The notes under the pieces are model-generated. The model made no database searches and had not been told where the DNA came from. It was given only the letters and a program-made list of their open reading frames with translations. A program made the translations under genes and the position numbers. DNA of 64,000 nt from Fimicolochytrium jonesii. Its lineage: Eukaryota. Shown here piece after piece: positions 62,832-64,000 of the stretch. The stretch is from assembly GCF_025526975.1 (NCBI RefSeq), contig NW_026515681.1:62001-126000 (forward strand). The letters run 5' to 3'. Each line of letters begins with the position of its first letter. Position 1 is the first letter of the stretch.

Positions 62832-64000
62832 ATGGCTTTGACGTCCGCTTTCCGGCACAGGAGCCTGCAACGGGCGGTTCGGTGCGGAAAGGTGAGTAAA
62901 TGGAGTTTCTCGTGGCACGATCTTCGGTCATCGTCCCTACACCGCATTCACTGACTTGGCCTCCACCCACTTTCCCAGAGCTCAATTTCCTCGTCACTCG
63001 TCCACACACAATATGGCAAAAGACTCCTGGCTTCCGTAGCACCTACGCAAGATGGCGCCTCCACCCAGCACGACCCCCGACTTCCATCTTATTCAAGTCT
63101 TCTGAGCAACCTACAAAGCGTACGACAACGTCTGAACCTAACCAAGCCTTTGACGCTCTCAGAAAAGATTCTATACGGCCACCTAAACCAAAGCGATGCG
63201 GAAAAGAGCGACCCAATAGTCAGAGGCAGCTCCTACCTCAAGCTCTCGCCCGACCGCGTAGCGATGCAAGACGCTAGCGCGCAAATGGCCTTACTCCAGT
63301 TCATGCTAGCCAAACGCGCAACAACCGCCGTACCATCAAGCATCCACTGCGACCACCTCATCGAGGCCTTCCAAGGCGGCGACGAGGACGTCAAGCGGTC
63401 CATCATCACCAACAAGGAGATCTTTGACTTTTTGAAGTCTGCGGCGGAAAAGTATGGGATTGCGTTTTGGGGGCCTGGGAGTGGGATTATTCATCAGATC
63501 GTTTTGGAGAATTATGCGGCGCCGGGGATTCTGATGCTGGGGACGGATTCTCATACCCCGAACGCTGGTGGATTGGGATGTCTGGCTATCGGAGTGGGTG
63601 GTGCCGACGCTGTGGATGCGATGGCGGGCATTCCATGGGAATTGAAGGCGCCGAAGATCATGGGGGTCCGATTGACGGGGAAACTTGACGGCTGGACGGC
63701 TCCCAAAGACGTGATCTTGCAGCTTGCGGGACTGCTGACCGTGCAAGGCGCGACAAACCATATCATTGAGTACTTTGGCCCGGGGACCGAGACGCTCAGC
63801 TGCACGGGAATGGCGACCATTTGCAATATGGGGGCTGAAGTTGGGGCTACCACCTCTACTTTCCCGTATTCGCGTTCGATGGCTGACTATCTGCGTGCCA
63901 CTGGACGGCCGCATGTGGCGGATGCGGCGGCTAAGGCGGCGGCAGCGGGGTTCCTGAAGGCGGATGCCGGTGCGGAGTATGATCGTGTGATTGAGATTGA
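62832..64000 (+). CDS. ACO2: Mitochondrial aconitase family protein (fungal Aco2/homocitrate dehydratase type); runs off the window and is missing from the ORF track
   Basis: Exon 1 (62832-62891) encodes an Arg-rich presequence; intron 62892-62978; then [74 protein letters not shown]. Confidence 0.92.

Overview
Gene-dense, intron-rich eukaryotic DNA, most likely from a zoosporic (chytrid-type) fungus. Fungal genes (velvet, Aco2-type aconitase, Pan1/intersectin, Ypp1) sit alongside flagellar/centriolar genes (IQUB, FOR20/CEP20). About 16 spliced protein genes and one tRNA-Ala(UGC) flank a ~15 kb transposon island (25.0-39.9 kb). The island holds two related Ty3/Gypsy chromoviruses inserted into a PIF/Harbinger-type Myb/SANT ORF, followed by a truncated ABCB pseudogene. 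Both retroelements show a self-priming primer-binding site and a -1 frameshift signal with a covarying pseudoknot. The second element lacks a target-site duplication and joins two unrelated loci. Other observations: a C-rich to G-rich compositional sawtooth that resets at introns, GCGAGCG(A/G)AGC-repeat inserts in two introns, a CNG/HCN-like channel with no GYG filter, and a 126-bp Tc1/mariner-type MITE. All calls were made by eye from motifs. No database searches were run, and exon boundaries are partly inferred.
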